A stretch of DNA of 32,000 nt from Alkanindiges illinoisensis DSM 15370 (GCF_000619845.1 NZ_JHUX01000004.1:263180-295179); one strand, 5' to 3'. Numbered from the stretch's first letter, positions 8,314 to 18,970 are shown. Program-made: numbers and translations. Notes: generated by a model not told the origin, from the sequence alone.

Positions 8314-9873
8314 TTACTCAGCACTGCCATGATCTGCTGAATCGTCTTCGCCAAAGCTTTTCAGCATGTCATCTGTTCCCAGTGATTTTTTGCTAAAAAT
8401 ACTGACCAGGCCACCCAACAGGGTGTCCTGCATATTGGCTTTTGCATCCACCCAGTTGCTGGCATTGGGTTTAAAGGCCACTTCTGCGCGCCCGTAGTTG
8501 GCAAAGTTCTGCTGATGGCTCAACTGCATGCTGAACTGCCCTTTGCTGCTGGGCTTAAATACCAGATCGTACAGTGCGCCAGACTCAATCATCCGGCCTT
8601 TGCTGTCCAGTAAAATTACCTGTTTTAAAGTAGAAGCCGGGTCAATTTTTTCCTCAACCATCTGCAAAATATGCTGATAGGTTTCCGGGTTTTGCGTCAT
8701 CAACTGACTGGCTGCATCCGCACTGATCAGTTGTAGCGGTTGCTGCTGGCTGGCAGGTTGCTGGTTATTGGCCTGATCAGTGTCTGCTGCCTTAGTTTTG
8801 ATAATTTGCTTAAGGCTGTTCTGGTTCAGTGACAAAAAGGTCGCCACATCGGCAATCCGGTGCGCCACGGGCTGGCTAAATTCCACCTTACGTACGGCTC
8901 CCTGCTTTTTTTCTGTTGCGGTCAGGCTGATGTCCCTGAACTGCTGGGCCTTGGGTAATTGATAACTGGCCTGCGTGGTTTGCTTGAGCACTTCAAATAA
9001 CTGTTTAAAATCCGCTTTGTTCTTATAGGGTGACAAATCAACACGGCTGTACTTGCCATCATTTTGTACCTGCACCAGCCACGGCGACAGTGCAGACAAA
9101 TCCACATATAAATGTGCCTGACGCACATCCAGCACCAGTGGAACACGCACATAGCCTGCCATGTTGCTGGCTTCGTAACGCATTTCTGGACTTAGCGCAA
9201 TCTGGCCATGACGCAAATCCAGAGTCCCCTGATAATTGATACGGTAACGCTTGGCATAGGTATAAATCAGGTCTTCAATCAGTTTGTCCTTGTTCAGGCG
9301 GCTTAATCGACTGGTGGCCGTTTCGTTTTCGTCCTGCGCCTGCGTACTGTCATCTTCTAGGTTATCATGCTCTGTATTATCAGGCTTTGTGGCATCTTGA
9401 TTTTTAGTGCTGCGGGCTTCTACAGCAGCTTCTGCTTCATCCGCATACAGCTCATTCACTTCCTGTTCAGCCTGCTGGCGGATTGCCTCCTGCTGGCTGG
9501 CGGTTAAGGTTTTTTTGTCTAATGCTGTGTCAGCATCATCTGCATACTCAGACTGGGCATCAGCCGTCAGCTCATCAATATAGCGCTGTAGCAATTGCTG
9601 CTTTTCTTTGGCCTTTTTTTGTTTTTCCAGCTCAGCCGCCGCCTGTAATATTTTGGGGTCGCGATTAAAGCCAAACTGGTTAATTTTAAACTGGCCACTA
9701 AACTGATAGCTGGGAGTGCTATACAACTGCTGATACCCGCTAATGACAGCCTGCTGCGGGGACAGGCTGGCCTTGTTTGGCATACTGGTACACCCTGTAA
9801 CCATGGCACCGCCCATAATACTGAGCACCATCAGGCTTGTTTGGTTAAATCCCCGGATTGCTTTGCTATTCAT
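8314..9873 (-). CDS. Uncharacterised lipoprotein with a central acidic coiled-coil-like region
   Basis: GGGAG lies 6 nt upstream of the ATG. Signal plus lipobox: LMVLSIMGGAMVTGC. The central segment is rich in E/D/Q/K/A (QKKAKEKQQLLQRYIDELTADAQSEYADDAD...). I recognise no family. Confidence 0.7.
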   Translation of the reverse strand: MNSKAIRGFNQTSLMVLSIMGGAMVTGCTSMPNKASLSPQQAVISGYQQLYSTPSYQFSGQFKINQFGFNRDPKILQAAAELEKQKKAKEKQQLLQRYIDELTADAQSEYADDADTALDKKTLTASQQEAIRQQAEQEVNELYADEAEAAVEARSTKNQDATKPDNTEHDNLEDDSTQAQDENETATSRLSRLNKDKLIEDLIYTYAKRYRINYQGTLDLRHGQIALSPEMRYEASNMAGYVRVPLVLDVRQAHLYVDLSALSPWLVQVQNDGKYSRVDLSPYKNKADFKQLFEVLKQTTQASYQLPKAQQFRDISLTATEKKQGAVRKVEFSQPVAHRIADVATFLSLNQNSLKQIIKTKAADTDQANNQQPASQQQPLQLISADAASQLMTQNPETYQHILQMVEEKIDPASTLKQVILLDSKGRMIESGALYDLVFKPSSKGQFSMQLSHQQNFANYGRAEVAFKPNASNWVDAKANMQDTLLGGLVSIFSKKSLGTDDMLKSFGEDDSADHGSAE

Positions 9874-10140
9874 GCCATGCTCCCATTGATGATGTCAGGC
9901 TATAATGTTGGTTTTTCATTGCTTTAGAATTGAAATTAAAAGAGTCTTTAAAATTTGCACTGGTGAACTATAGCCGACAAATCCGGTTGATACGCAAAAA
10001 ATCGGGGACAGGCTTAAATAAAGCTGATTTGCTCTAGTGACAGTAAGTTGCAGGTTAAATATCAATGCTTTTTCTTAATGCAACCTACATAATTGATCAT
10101 CTTAAATCCGTCTATTGATCATTTTTGTCAGGATTGTCCC

Positions 10141-11961
10141 ATGCCTACTTATAAAGCGCCCCTGCGCGATGTCCGCTTCCTCATGAATGACGTGCTGGAT
10201 TATCCAGCCCATTTCAAGACGCTTTCCAATGGTGAACTGGCCGATGCCGATACCGTTGACATGATTCTGGAAGGTGCTGCTGATCTTTGCGAAAATGTAC
10301 TGGCTCCCCTGTACCAGTCTGGTGACGACGAAGGCTGTCATTTTGACAATGGCACGGTAACTACACCAAAAGGCTACAAAGAAGCCTATGATCAGTACGT
10401 CCAAGGCGGCTGGCAGGGTCTGTCCTATCCCGAAGAATTCGGTGGTCAGGGCCTGCCCATGTCGTTAAACCTCATCAAGTCTGAAATGATGGGAACTGCC
10501 AACTGGTCATTCACCATGTATCCCGGCCTGAGCGCTGGCTGCATGAACACCATTTTGCAGTTTGGTACTGACGAGCAGAAAAATACCTACATGCCAAACC
10601 TGACTCTGGGCACCTGGAGCGGCACCATGTGCCTGACCGAGCCACAGTGTGGTACGGATCTGGGCCAGGTTAAAACCCGCGCCGAGCCGCAGGCTGATGG
10701 CACCTACAAACTGTTTGGTACCAAGATCTTTATTTCTGCCGGTGAACACGACCTGACAGAAAACATCATTCACATCGTGCTGGCCCGCCTGCCGGATGCA
10801 CCAAAAGGCACCAAGGGTATTTCCCTGTTCATCGTGCCAAAATTCTTTGTCAATGAAGACGGTTCTGTGGGCGAGCGCAACCCAGTATTCTGTGGTTCGA
10901 TTGAACACAAAATGGGCATCAAGGCCTCTGCCACTGCCGTACTGAACTTTGACGGTGCCACGGGCTACCTGATTGGTAAAATGCACGAAGGCCTGCATGC
11001 CATGTTTACCTTTATGAATACTGCACGTATTGGTACCGCAGTAGAAGGCGTGGCGCATGCTGAGCTGTCGTTCCAGGGTGCCCTGCCGTATGCCAAGGAA
11101 CGTATGTCCATGCGCGCCCTGTCCGGCAAGAAAGACCCGGAAAAAGTGGCCGATGCCATTATTCATCATGCTGACGTACGCCGCATGCTGCTCACCCAAA
11201 AAGCCGTGGCTGAAGGCGGCCGTGCGATGATTTATCATGCCGCACAGCTGGCTGACAAAATGACTGACAACCTGCTAAAAGGTGATCAGGCTGGCCACGA
11301 CTACTGGGATGACAAACTGGGCTTTTTCACGCCAATCCTGAAAGGCTTCCTGACCGAGCTTGGCCTTGAAGCCTCTAACCTGGGCATGCAGGTGTATGGC
11401 GGTCATGGCTATATCAAGGAATGGGGCATGGAACAGATCGTGCGTGATGCGCGTATCTCTACCCTGTACGAAGGCACCACTGGGGTTCAGGCACTTGACC
11501 TGTTAGGCCGTAAAGTGCTGCTGTCTTCCAAAGGTAAAGTGGTTCGTGACTACACCGCAGAAATCCTGAAATTCTGTAGCCGTCATGCCCGCAATAAGCA
11601 AATGCGCCGTTTTGTCTGGGATCTGACCAAAGTTTGCGCCCAGTGGAACACCCTGACCATTCGCCTGATGCTGACTGCACGCAAAGACCGTGACATCGTT
11701 TCTTCTGCTTCTGTGGATTACCTGATGTATTCCGGCTATGCCATGATGGCGTACTTCTGGGCACAAATGGCTGCGGTTGCGCTGGAAAAAATTGAAAACG
11801 GCGGTACTGAAGTGCCTGAGTTCTATCAAGCCAAAGTACAGGTTGCCGAGTTCTATTTTGACCGCCTGCTGCCACGTGCTTCTGGTCATGCCGAAGCGCT
11901 GGTGTCACCATCGCGCACCCTGACCCAGATGGCACCAGAACATTTCAGCTTTGACTACTAA
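10141..11961 (+). CDS. Long-form acyl-CoA dehydrogenase (about 600 aa, with C-terminal extension domain)
   Basis: MPTYKAPLRDVRFLMNDVLDY N-terminus, CLTEPQCGTDLG, GISLFIVPKF and YEGTTGVQALDL motifs are characteristic of large FadE/DmdC-type acyl-CoA dehydrogenases. I chose the start at ATG 10141 over the track start at 10093. Confidence 0.85.
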   Translation: MPTYKAPLRDVRFLMNDVLDYPAHFKTLSNGELADADTVDMILEGAADLCENVLAPLYQSGDDEGCHFDNGTVTTPKGYKEAYDQYVQGGWQGLSYPEEFGGQGLPMSLNLIKSEMMGTANWSFTMYPGLSAGCMNTILQFGTDEQKNTYMPNLTLGTWSGTMCLTEPQCGTDLGQVKTRAEPQADGTYKLFGTKIFISAGEHDLTENIIHIVLARLPDAPKGTKGISLFIVPKFFVNEDGSVGERNPVFCGSIEHKMGIKASATAVLNFDGATGYLIGKMHEGLHAMFTFMNTARIGTAVEGVAHAELSFQGALPYAKERMSMRALSGKKDPEKVADAIIHHADVRRMLLTQKAVAEGGRAMIYHAAQLADKMTDNLLKGDQAGHDYWDDKLGFFTPILKGFLTELGLEASNLGMQVYGGHGYIKEWGMEQIVRDARISTLYEGTTGVQALDLLGRKVLLSSKGKVVRDYTAEILKFCSRHARNKQMRRFVWDLTKVCAQWNTLTIRLMLTARKDRDIVSSASVDYLMYSGYAMMAYFWAQMAAVALEKIENGGTEVPEFYQAKVQVAEFYFDRLLPRASGHAEALVSPSRTLTQMAPEHFSFDY

Positions 11962-11996
11962 GTTGTTGCCAGTTTTGTCGCTGTAAACCTGCAAGA

Positions 11997-12022
11997 AAGG
12001 GCGCTTAATGCGCCCTTTTTTT
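11997..12022 (+). terminator. Rho-independent terminator
   Basis: aagggcgc-ttaat-gcgccctt stem-loop followed by a T7 run, 36 nt after the acyl-CoA dehydrogenase stop. Confidence 0.7.
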
Positions 12023-12075
12023 ATTGCCGTGTCAGTATTGCTAAAAAACTCAGTAACAGTAATGGGTTAGCTCAA

Positions 12076-12771
12076 TTAGCTATTGGATGCCATCAGTGAA
12101 TACTGGCCCAGTGCCTCAGCCGGTTCAACCATGGCACTGGCATTGGGCTGGAATTGAAGCTGGTTAAGCCCAATTTTCTTGAAGCTCCAGATTTCATGAT
12201 TAGGTAAAATCAGCATAATATTCTGCCCATTGGCAGATACTGTCCATGCGGCAACTTCCTTGTCCAGCATGGCATTTACTTTTCCTTGCGCGGCCAGTGT
12301 GCGAATGGCAGAACCATCCGGCAACAAGGTTAAGGTCATGTCTACCTTATCACTGGAACAGGCTAAGGATTGCACCGTACAGGGAACTTGTCCGGTATAA
12401 CGTCCGGCAAACTGTTTGACCAGTGATTCTGAGGGCACCGCCTGAACATTTGTTTTGCTTTCATTAAAAGCCGTGTGCATCACATCCTGATTGTTAATAT
12501 AGCGTTCAGCAGACGCTGCTTCAGTGATTGATAAAGCAGCCGCACGTGCACTTTGCATATTGGCATGGTCAAGCGCGTTGTCTTCAAGAGATTCCTGAGA
12601 ACGTGAACGTAGATCTAGACTGTTATTACAGCCGGACAGTAACAGCATGCCAGCCAGCAGGCTTACCGATAATAGTCGGCCTGGGTTGCCAGCAGCCGGA
12701 TATGCTGCGCTGGGAATCACCGCGCGTGCAATGGTGCTTGCCTTGCCTGTTATCAGGGCAGTGTTAATCAT
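12076..12771 (-). CDS. Lipoprotein with an NlpE-N-terminal-like domain (putative)
   Basis: Lipobox LLLSGC. FAGRYTGQVPCTVQSLACSSDKVDMTLTLLPDGS resembles the NlpE N-domain pattern Y-G-x-LPCADCxGI...L-L-x-DG. Start codon is uncertain. Confidence 0.5.
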   Translation of the reverse strand: MINTALITGKASTIARAVIPSAAYPAAGNPGRLLSVSLLAGMLLLSGCNNSLDLRSRSQESLEDNALDHANMQSARAAALSITEAASAERYINNQDVMHTAFNESKTNVQAVPSESLVKQFAGRYTGQVPCTVQSLACSSDKVDMTLTLLPDGSAIRTLAAQGKVNAMLDKEVAAWTVSANGQNIMLILPNHEIWSFKKIGLNQLQFQPNASAMVEPAEALGQYSLMASNS

Positions 12772-13155
12772 CTATCTCTATGACCTCGATCAATTGATAA
12801 TGAGGGCACGACCTTGTGTATTATTAGTATTGGAAGGGTCTTTAGCTCATCTGCTAGGATGAGTCATCTTATAATTGAACCGGCTTCAAATTGAGCAGTG
12901 TTTAGTGTTCTCTTGTGTTTTTTCTTTGCAGGAGTTAGCTAAAAAGTTAGTTCAGGAACATATACTTACGCTATTAACATTCTCTGCATTTTTTGCCCAC
13001 ACTGTGTACAAAGCCGACACACTTTCCTGCTTTAAAAACTAGCTATTAACCTTATATATTTAAATACTGGTCAGCAGAATTAACCTGCGATCATATTACA
13101 TGATTTAGACCAGTTTCTACTTTTAATATTCGCATCGCGAAGGAGCATTGATACA

Positions 13156-13395
13156 ATGAACAAGATTGGCCTGTACCGTTCACGCCGACGCAACATGATT
13201 GCCGGGGTTATGGGGGGTATTGCTGAGCGTTATGGCTGGAATACAAACTTGCTGCGCGTGATTTTTGTCATTGTTTCAATCTTCAGTGCAGCGTTCCCAG
13301 GGATTATTGTTTATCTGGTGCTGTGGTTACTCATGCCCAAACAACCCCGGCAAATTACACCCGCCCAGCCCCATGATCTTAGAACCGTTAATTGA
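13156..13395 (+). CDS. PspC-domain membrane mini-protein
   Basis: AAGGAG lies 9 nt upstream of the ATG. MIAGVMGGIAERYGWNTNLLRVIFVIVSIF...LVLWLLMP matches the PspC-domain pattern (GVCxGLAxYFxxxxxxVRxxF...YxxLWxxxP). Confidence 0.75.
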   Translation: MNKIGLYRSRRRNMIAGVMGGIAERYGWNTNLLRVIFVIVSIFSAAFPGIIVYLVLWLLMPKQPRQITPAQPHDLRTVN

Positions 13396-13440
13396 GTGCT
13401 AACACTTAAAAAAAATTCGGCACTCATAACTTCCAAACTA

Positions 13441-13469
13441 AAAAGCCTCTATCCATTTAGAGGCTTTTT
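13441..13469. terminator. Bidirectional rho-independent terminator
   Basis: aaaagcctct-atccattt-agaggctttt has a perfect 10-bp stem with A-run and T-run flanks. It lies between the convergent PspC-domain and lipoprotein genes. Confidence 0.7.
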
Positions 13470-13495
13470 AATCGGTGCAATATAAGCCTTTCACT

Positions 13496-13915
13496 TTAAC
13501 TCAAGTCACACTGGATGGCATTCACATCCAGCTTAATGCGCGGTGAATCACGCAAGTATTGCGCCAGAATTTGGGCATCATGCGGACTCTGGAAATTTAA
13601 CGCTCTTAATGCATCGATCTGATCCAGCGTAATTCCTGTGGTCATTGCACAGTGATTAGCCACCTGATTTTCCTTGGTTACTTTAAACACTTCAGTATTA
13701 TTGGCAAAATCAAGCTGCTTAATGCGTTGCTGCGCCTGATTCACTTTCAGTAAAGCCTGTTTCTGCTGGTTTGATGCAGCGTTCTGGCTAATCCAGTGTT
13801 CAGGCGTAGCAGGCGTTTGCTCGCTAAAATTTAGCGTTTTGGTGTTCATGTGCTGACATCCGGCCATTAATAATGCAGTCGTCGTTATCACAATTATGCT
13901 TTTCAAAAGATTCAT
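13496..13915 (-). CDS. Small uncharacterised lipoprotein
   Basis: 139 aa with signal plus lipobox MNLLKSIIVITTTALLMAGC. I recognise no family. Confidence 0.6.
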   Translation of the reverse strand: MNLLKSIIVITTTALLMAGCQHMNTKTLNFSEQTPATPEHWISQNAASNQQKQALLKVNQAQQRIKQLDFANNTEVFKVTKENQVANHCAMTTGITLDQIDALRALNFQSPHDAQILAQYLRDSPRIKLDVNAIQCDLS

Positions 13916-14129
13916 ATTCTGGAGAGTTTGATTTATGGTTGAACCAGTTTATGTCAGCATTGAACCATCGCATATAGCGCATTTGTAGATGATACTGATT
14001 ACTTTATGATTAAAGAGTTGGCCTACCCTCGTTTAAGTTTTTAATTCAAGCCAGAGTTTCCCTTTGTCTAAACCCGGCAAATTCCCTATACTAATCGCCA
14101 TTTTCTCACCTCAAAAACATGGATGCCAC

Positions 14130-15134
14130 ATGAGTCGCGCCATATCGCACATCGATACTTTTCAGGGCTTGATCTTAGCCCTACAAAACTACTGGGCTGA
14201 ACAGGGTTGCGTGGTCTTGCAGCCTTACGATATGGAAATGGGCGCAGGCACCTTTCATACCGCCACTTTTTTGCGCGCGCTTGGGCCAGAAACCTGGAAT
14301 GCAGCCTATGTGCAGCCATCACGCCGCCCCAAGGATGGCCGTTATGGTGAAAACCCTAACCGCTTGCAGCATTATTACCAGTTTCAGGTGGTGTTAAAAC
14401 CCAATCCGGCCAATATCCAGCAGTTGTATTTAGACTCTCTAAAAGCCATTGGCATTGATACCCTCACCCACGATATCCGTTTTGTGGAAGACAACTGGGA
14501 ATCACCAACACTGGGTGCATGGGGCTTAGGCTGGGAAGTGTGGCTGAACGGTATGGAAGTGACCCAGTTTACCTACTTCCAGCAAGTGGGTGGCGTGGAA
14601 TGCTATCCGGTGACGGGTGAAATTACTTATGGACTGGAACGTCTGGCCATGTACCTGCAAGGCGTGGATTCGGTCTATGACTTAGTGTGGACCAAAGGCC
14701 AGTTTGGCACCGTAACCTATGGCGACGTATTCCACCAGAACGAAGTGGAACAATCGACCTATAACTTTGAACACGCCAATGTGTCCAAGCTGTTTGAGCT
14801 GTTTGATTTTTATGAAGAAGAATCCAACAAGCTAATGGCTGCCGAGTTACCACTGCCTGCCTATGAAATGGTAGTGAAAGCCTCGCATACGTTTAACTTA
14901 CTGGATGCACGCGGCGCAATTTCAGTCACCGAGCGCCAGCGTTATATCCTGCGCGTGCGGGGTCTTGCGCGTGCGATTGCACAAAGCTATGTGAAAGCTC
15001 GTGCCAAGCTGGGCTTCCCGATGGCAGCGCCACATTTGCGGGATGAAGTATTAGCGCAACTTAAAGCAGCCGAAGATGCAGAAGCCTTATTGAGCAATGC
15101 CAAACAGCAACAAGAAAAACAGGGTGAGCAATAA
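14130..15134 (+). CDS. glyQ: Glycine--tRNA ligase alpha subunit
   Basis: [56 protein letters not shown] and [30 protein letters not shown] are all typical of GlyQ. Start taken at ATG 14130 ([13 protein letters not shown]). The stop overlaps the glyS ATG (ATAATG). Confidence 0.93.
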   Translation: MSRAISHIDTFQGLILALQNYWAEQGCVVLQPYDMEMGAGTFHTATFLRALGPETWNAAYVQPSRRPKDGRYGENPNRLQHYYQFQVVLKPNPANIQQLYLDSLKAIGIDTLTHDIRFVEDNWESPTLGAWGLGWEVWLNGMEVTQFTYFQQVGGVECYPVTGEITYGLERLAMYLQGVDSVYDLVWTKGQFGTVTYGDVFHQNEVEQSTYNFEHANVSKLFELFDFYEEESNKLMAAELPLPAYEMVVKASHTFNLLDARGAISVTERQRYILRVRGLARAIAQSYVKARAKLGFPMAAPHLRDEVLAQLKAAEDAEALLSNAKQQQEKQGEQ

Positions 15135-17200
15135 TGTCTAAACATACGGTCTTATTTGAGCTGGGCTGCGAAGAACTGCCACCCAAAAGCCTAAAAACGC
15201 TGCGTGATGCCTTAAAAGCTGAAGTTGAAAAAGGTTTAACCAGTGCTGGCTTAAATTTTAGCGGCATTGATGCCTATGCTGCGCCACGCCGTTTGGCCTT
15301 AAAAATTACTGATCTTGATGCGGCCCAGCCAGATGGCCAAAAGCGCTTTGATGGCCCGGCAGTACAAGCTGCTTATGATAGCGAGGGCAATGCTACCCGC
15401 GCACTGGAAGGTTTCCTGCGTAGTCAGGGTATCACCGCCGATCAGGTGTCGCGTTTTAATGCCGGCAAAATGGAAAAGGTCTGTTTTTATAAAGACATTA
15501 AAGGCCAAAGCCTTGATGAACTGTTACCTGCCATTTTGCAAACCGCACTGGATAACTTGCCGATTGCCAAGCGTATGCGCTCTGCGGCCAGCCGTACCGA
15601 ATTTGTGCGTCCGGTACAGTGGGTGGTGTTGCTAAAAGATGATCAGGTCATTGACGCCACTATTCAAGATTTTAAAGCAGGCAACCAAACGTTTGGCCAC
15701 CGCTTCCACGCCCCACAAGCCATTAGCTTAAAACATGCCAATGATTATCTGGAAAGCCTGCGTGCAGCGCACGTGGTTGCTGATTTTGACGAACGTCAGG
15801 GCATGATTTCTGCGCAAGTCAAAACGCTGGCAGATGAAGTCAATGCACAGGCCATTGTGCCCAGCGATTTACTGGATGAAGTGACTGCACTGGTTGAATG
15901 GCCAGTAGCCTTGCGCGCCAGTTTTGAGCAGCGCTTTTTGGCTGTGCCGCAAGAAGCTCTGATTTCCACCATGCAGGACAACCAGAAGTATTTTTGTCTG
16001 GTCAATGAAGCTGGCAAATTACAGCCTTACTTTATTACTGTGTCCAACATTGATTCCAAAGACCCTAGCCAGATTATTGAAGGCAATGAAAAAGTGGTAC
16101 GTCCCCGTTTGTCGGATGCCGAGTTTTTCTTTTTGCAAGACCAAAAGCAACCACTGGCCAGCCGCCAAGCCAAACTGGCTAATATGGTATTTCAGGCGCA
16201 ACTCGGCACCCTGTGGGACAAATCCGAGCGTATTGCCAAGCTGGCCAGTGAAATTGCCAAGCTGACCGATGGTGATGAAGCATCTGCCAAGCAAGCAGGC
16301 TTATTAGCCAAATGTGACCTGACCTCTGAACTGGTGGGTGAATTTCCGGAGCTGCAAGGTATTGCCGGAACCTACTATGCCCGCCTTGAAGGCCAGCCGG
16401 ATGAAGTAGCCAATGCCATTGCTGAGCAATATTTGCCACGCTTTGCTGGTGACAATTTGCCGCAAACCAAGACCGGTACAGCACTGGCACTGGCGGATCG
16501 TCTGGATACGCTAGTGGGTATTTTTGGCATTGGCCAAGCGCCAACTGGCAACAAAGACCCATTTAGCTTGCGCCGTGCAGCGATTGGCATTTTGCGCCTG
16601 CTGATTGAAAACAAGCTGTCGATTTCCTTAAGCCAATTGATTGAACTGGCAGCACAGGGCTATGGGGATAAGTTAAAAGATATCCACAAAGCACAGGCCG
16701 ATGCACTGCAATTTGTGGAAGGTCGCTACCGGGCGATGTATGAAGATCAGGGCGTGAGTGTTGATGTGATTCAGGCGGTACAAGGCTTAAATCCCGCGTC
16801 GCCACTGGATTTTGATTATCGTATTAAAGCGGTAAGCCACTTTAAAACCCTGCCCGAAGCTCAAGCTTTGGCCGCTGCCAACAAGCGCGTTGCCAATATT
16901 CTGGCAAAAGAAGGCAACGTGAGCGGTGATGTAGATGCCAGCTTACTGACTGAACAGGCTGAAAAAGACCTGTATCAGGCATTGCAGGCCATTTCCCCGG
17001 TGGTCACGCCGTTGTTGCAGTCACATGATTATACCCCTGCCCTGACTGAGCTTGCCACTTTGCGCGCACCGATTGATGCATTCTTTGATAACGTGATGGT
17101 GATGGCTGATGATGCGGCGGTTAAGCAAAATCGCTTGCGCTTGCTGGCCGAGTTACGTGCATTGTTTATTAGCGTTGCAGATGTGAGTGTGTTGCAATAA
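15134..17200 (+). CDS. glyS: Glycine--tRNA ligase beta subunit
   Basis: 688 aa. [13 protein letters not shown]-terminus, followed by HRFH and [47 protein letters not shown]. It lies immediately after glyQ with a 1-nt overlap. Confidence 0.95.
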   Translation: MSKHTVLFELGCEELPPKSLKTLRDALKAEVEKGLTSAGLNFSGIDAYAAPRRLALKITDLDAAQPDGQKRFDGPAVQAAYDSEGNATRALEGFLRSQGITADQVSRFNAGKMEKVCFYKDIKGQSLDELLPAILQTALDNLPIAKRMRSAASRTEFVRPVQWVVLLKDDQVIDATIQDFKAGNQTFGHRFHAPQAISLKHANDYLESLRAAHVVADFDERQGMISAQVKTLADEVNAQAIVPSDLLDEVTALVEWPVALRASFEQRFLAVPQEALISTMQDNQKYFCLVNEAGKLQPYFITVSNIDSKDPSQIIEGNEKVVRPRLSDAEFFFLQDQKQPLASRQAKLANMVFQAQLGTLWDKSERIAKLASEIAKLTDGDEASAKQAGLLAKCDLTSELVGEFPELQGIAGTYYARLEGQPDEVANAIAEQYLPRFAGDNLPQTKTGTALALADRLDTLVGIFGIGQAPTGNKDPFSLRRAAIGILRLLIENKLSISLSQLIELAAQGYGDKLKDIHKAQADALQFVEGRYRAMYEDQGVSVDVIQAVQGLNPASPLDFDYRIKAVSHFKTLPEAQALAAANKRVANILAKEGNVSGDVDASLLTEQAEKDLYQALQAISPVVTPLLQSHDYTPALTELATLRAPIDAFFDNVMVMADDAAVKQNRLRLLAELRALFISVADVSVLQ

Positions 17201-17226
17201 GTTATTGATTTAAGCTGTTATAAATG

Positions 17227-17251
17227 AAGCGGATATCATGTCCGCTTTTTT
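17227..17251 (+). terminator. Rho-independent terminator of glyQS
   Basis: aagcgga-tatcatg-tccgctt followed by a T-run, 27 nt after the glyS stop. Confidence 0.7.
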
Positions 17252-17362
17252 ATTGATTATAATTTAAACAGCATAGATAACAAATCCACTTAACCCAATA
17301 AATTCACAATCTGCTATACATAATGAAAATCATCAAATATCTATAATTTTTAGGCAAATACC

Positions 17363-18250
17363 ATGCATATCCTCATTACGGGCGGTAGTGGATTTCTGGG
17401 CACAGCCCTCATTCAACGCCTGCTGCACGACCAGCACAGCATTACCGTCACCAGTCGCCAGCCTGAACAGTTTCCCCTATCGCATCCCTTGCTCACCGTA
17501 ACTACACTAAAAAAACTGGAAAGCATTGGCTATGCCGATATTGTCATTAATCTGGCTGGTGCTGGCATTGCCGACAAGCGCTGGACTGAACAGCGCAAAA
17601 CCGATTTATTGCAAAGTCGCCTGCAAACCACGCAAGCCTTGATTAACTGGTTTAAGCAATTGGCAGTGAAGCCACAACAGTTTTTATCCGGCTCGGCAAT
17701 TGGCTGGTATGGCTCGCATGACAATAATGTGCTGAACGAAACCAGTAAGGCACAAGCTGGCTTTACCCATGCGCTATGCCAGCAGTGGGAACAATGCGCC
17801 TTACAGGCACAGGAACTGGGGATTTCGACCACTCTGCTGCGCACTGGCGTGGTGCTGGATCAGTCTGGTGGGATGATTGCGCGCTTAAAGCCTATTTACC
17901 AGTTGGGCTTTGGTGGCAGAATTGGCTCGGGACAACAATGGATGAGCTGGATTAGCCGTGAGGACTGGATTAATGCGGTGCTGTTTTTAATGCAGCATCC
18001 GATTGCAGGCCCGGTGAATCTGGTGGCGCCTACCCCTGTCACGCAAGCGCAGTTTGCCAGGGATTTTGCACAGGCGCTGCATCGACCTGCATGGCTGCCG
18101 ATGCCCACCTTTATGGCAAAATTGGCGTTTGGCGAAATGTCGCATCTATTTCTGGATAGCCAGCGAATTATGCCGGAATGCTTAATTCAGGCGGGTTTTA
18201 ACTTTCAGCATCCAGATGTATCAAAAGCGCTATCGCAGCTCGTGCAATGA
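17363..18250 (+). CDS. TIGR01777/YfcH-like epimerase family protein (SDR39U1-type, DUF1731 C-terminus)
   Basis: MHILITGGSGFLGTAL Rossmann N-terminus. GSGQQWMSWISREDWINAV and the C-terminal block LFLDSQRIMPECLIQAGFNFQHPDV are typical of this family. Confidence 0.82.
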   Translation: MHILITGGSGFLGTALIQRLLHDQHSITVTSRQPEQFPLSHPLLTVTTLKKLESIGYADIVINLAGAGIADKRWTEQRKTDLLQSRLQTTQALINWFKQLAVKPQQFLSGSAIGWYGSHDNNVLNETSKAQAGFTHALCQQWEQCALQAQELGISTTLLRTGVVLDQSGGMIARLKPIYQLGFGGRIGSGQQWMSWISREDWINAVLFLMQHPIAGPVNLVAPTPVTQAQFARDFAQALHRPAWLPMPTFMAKLAFGEMSHLFLDSQRIMPECLIQAGFNFQHPDVSKALSQLVQ

Positions 18251-18263
18251 ATAGCGTTTATAT

Positions 18264-18926
18264 TTATTTCTCAACCCATTGAATGGCTTGCACGCGCAAT
18301 AGCTCACAAGCGCCATCGCCAACATCGGTGCGTGACAGTGAACTGCGCCATGTCCAGCCATGATCATCGACCTCAACCAGATCACCACGTAAATTCACCA
18401 GATCACCCTGTTTCACCTGCTTTAGCTCAGCGGCAATTTTGGGATTGGCTGGAATAATGTGAATATTGGATACCAGTTGCATGGCTTTTTTGGGTGGCAA
18501 GGGCAGCTTGCTCATGCTCCAGGTCAGGTAGCGGTTATCCTGCCGCACACCAATCAAGGGATAATAATACTTGCTGGCCAGCAGTCCCTCACTCACGGCA
18601 AAATCCACCGGTGAAAACTGTGCTTCCCGGTCATTTTGATAGTCCTTGCGTCCCAGAATGCGAAAGTTGCCAGCAAACTGATCCAGCACTTTAACCTGCT
18701 GGTTTTGTGCAGGCGCCAAGCCTTTTGCAATGTTGAACTGCGCACTATTAAGCTGGAATTGGGCAGCAGGCCGATTGGCCAGTGCAGGCGTAGCTACTAC
18801 AGACACGCCTAAAGCACTCAACAGTAAAATGCCGCCAATTTGCAAAACGCTTTGCAGGGATCGCACTGGTTTCTTTGTCCTCATACTGGAATTTACAGAA
18901 ATAAAGTCAAGGGAAGTTTTATTCAT
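18264..18926 (-). CDS. Uncharacterised exported protein, paralog A of a tandem pair
   Basis: 220-aa ORF with a signal-like segment (ILLLSALGVSVVATPALA). The C-terminal ~130 aa align block by block with the upstream ORF 19188-19751. The start could be ATG 18884 instead of 18926. Confidence 0.7.
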   Translation of the reverse strand: MNKTSLDFISVNSSMRTKKPVRSLQSVLQIGGILLLSALGVSVVATPALANRPAAQFQLNSAQFNIAKGLAPAQNQQVKVLDQFAGNFRILGRKDYQNDREAQFSPVDFAVSEGLLASKYYYPLIGVRQDNRYLTWSMSKLPLPPKKAMQLVSNIHIIPANPKIAAELKQVKQGDLVNLRGDLVEVDDHGWTWRSSLSRTDVGDGACELLRVQAIQWVEK

Positions 18927-18970
18927 TAAAACCTAAAAAAATCCATGAAATGCGCAGAAATCTCCGCAAG

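Noticed and set aside
10507-11238. 243-aa antisense ORF inside the acyl-CoA dehydrogenase gene, plus other antisense ORFs at 10102-10404 and 11459-11935
   Set aside because: The sense strand has strong acyl-CoA dehydrogenase motifs throughout. The antisense products have no recognisable motifs and show the skewed composition typical of shadow ORFs.
14064-14129. Upstream extension of glyQ ([22 protein letters not shown])
   Set aside because: It is not part of the conserved GlyQ sequence. The ATG at 14130 gives a standard N-terminus close to the [12 protein letters not shown] block.
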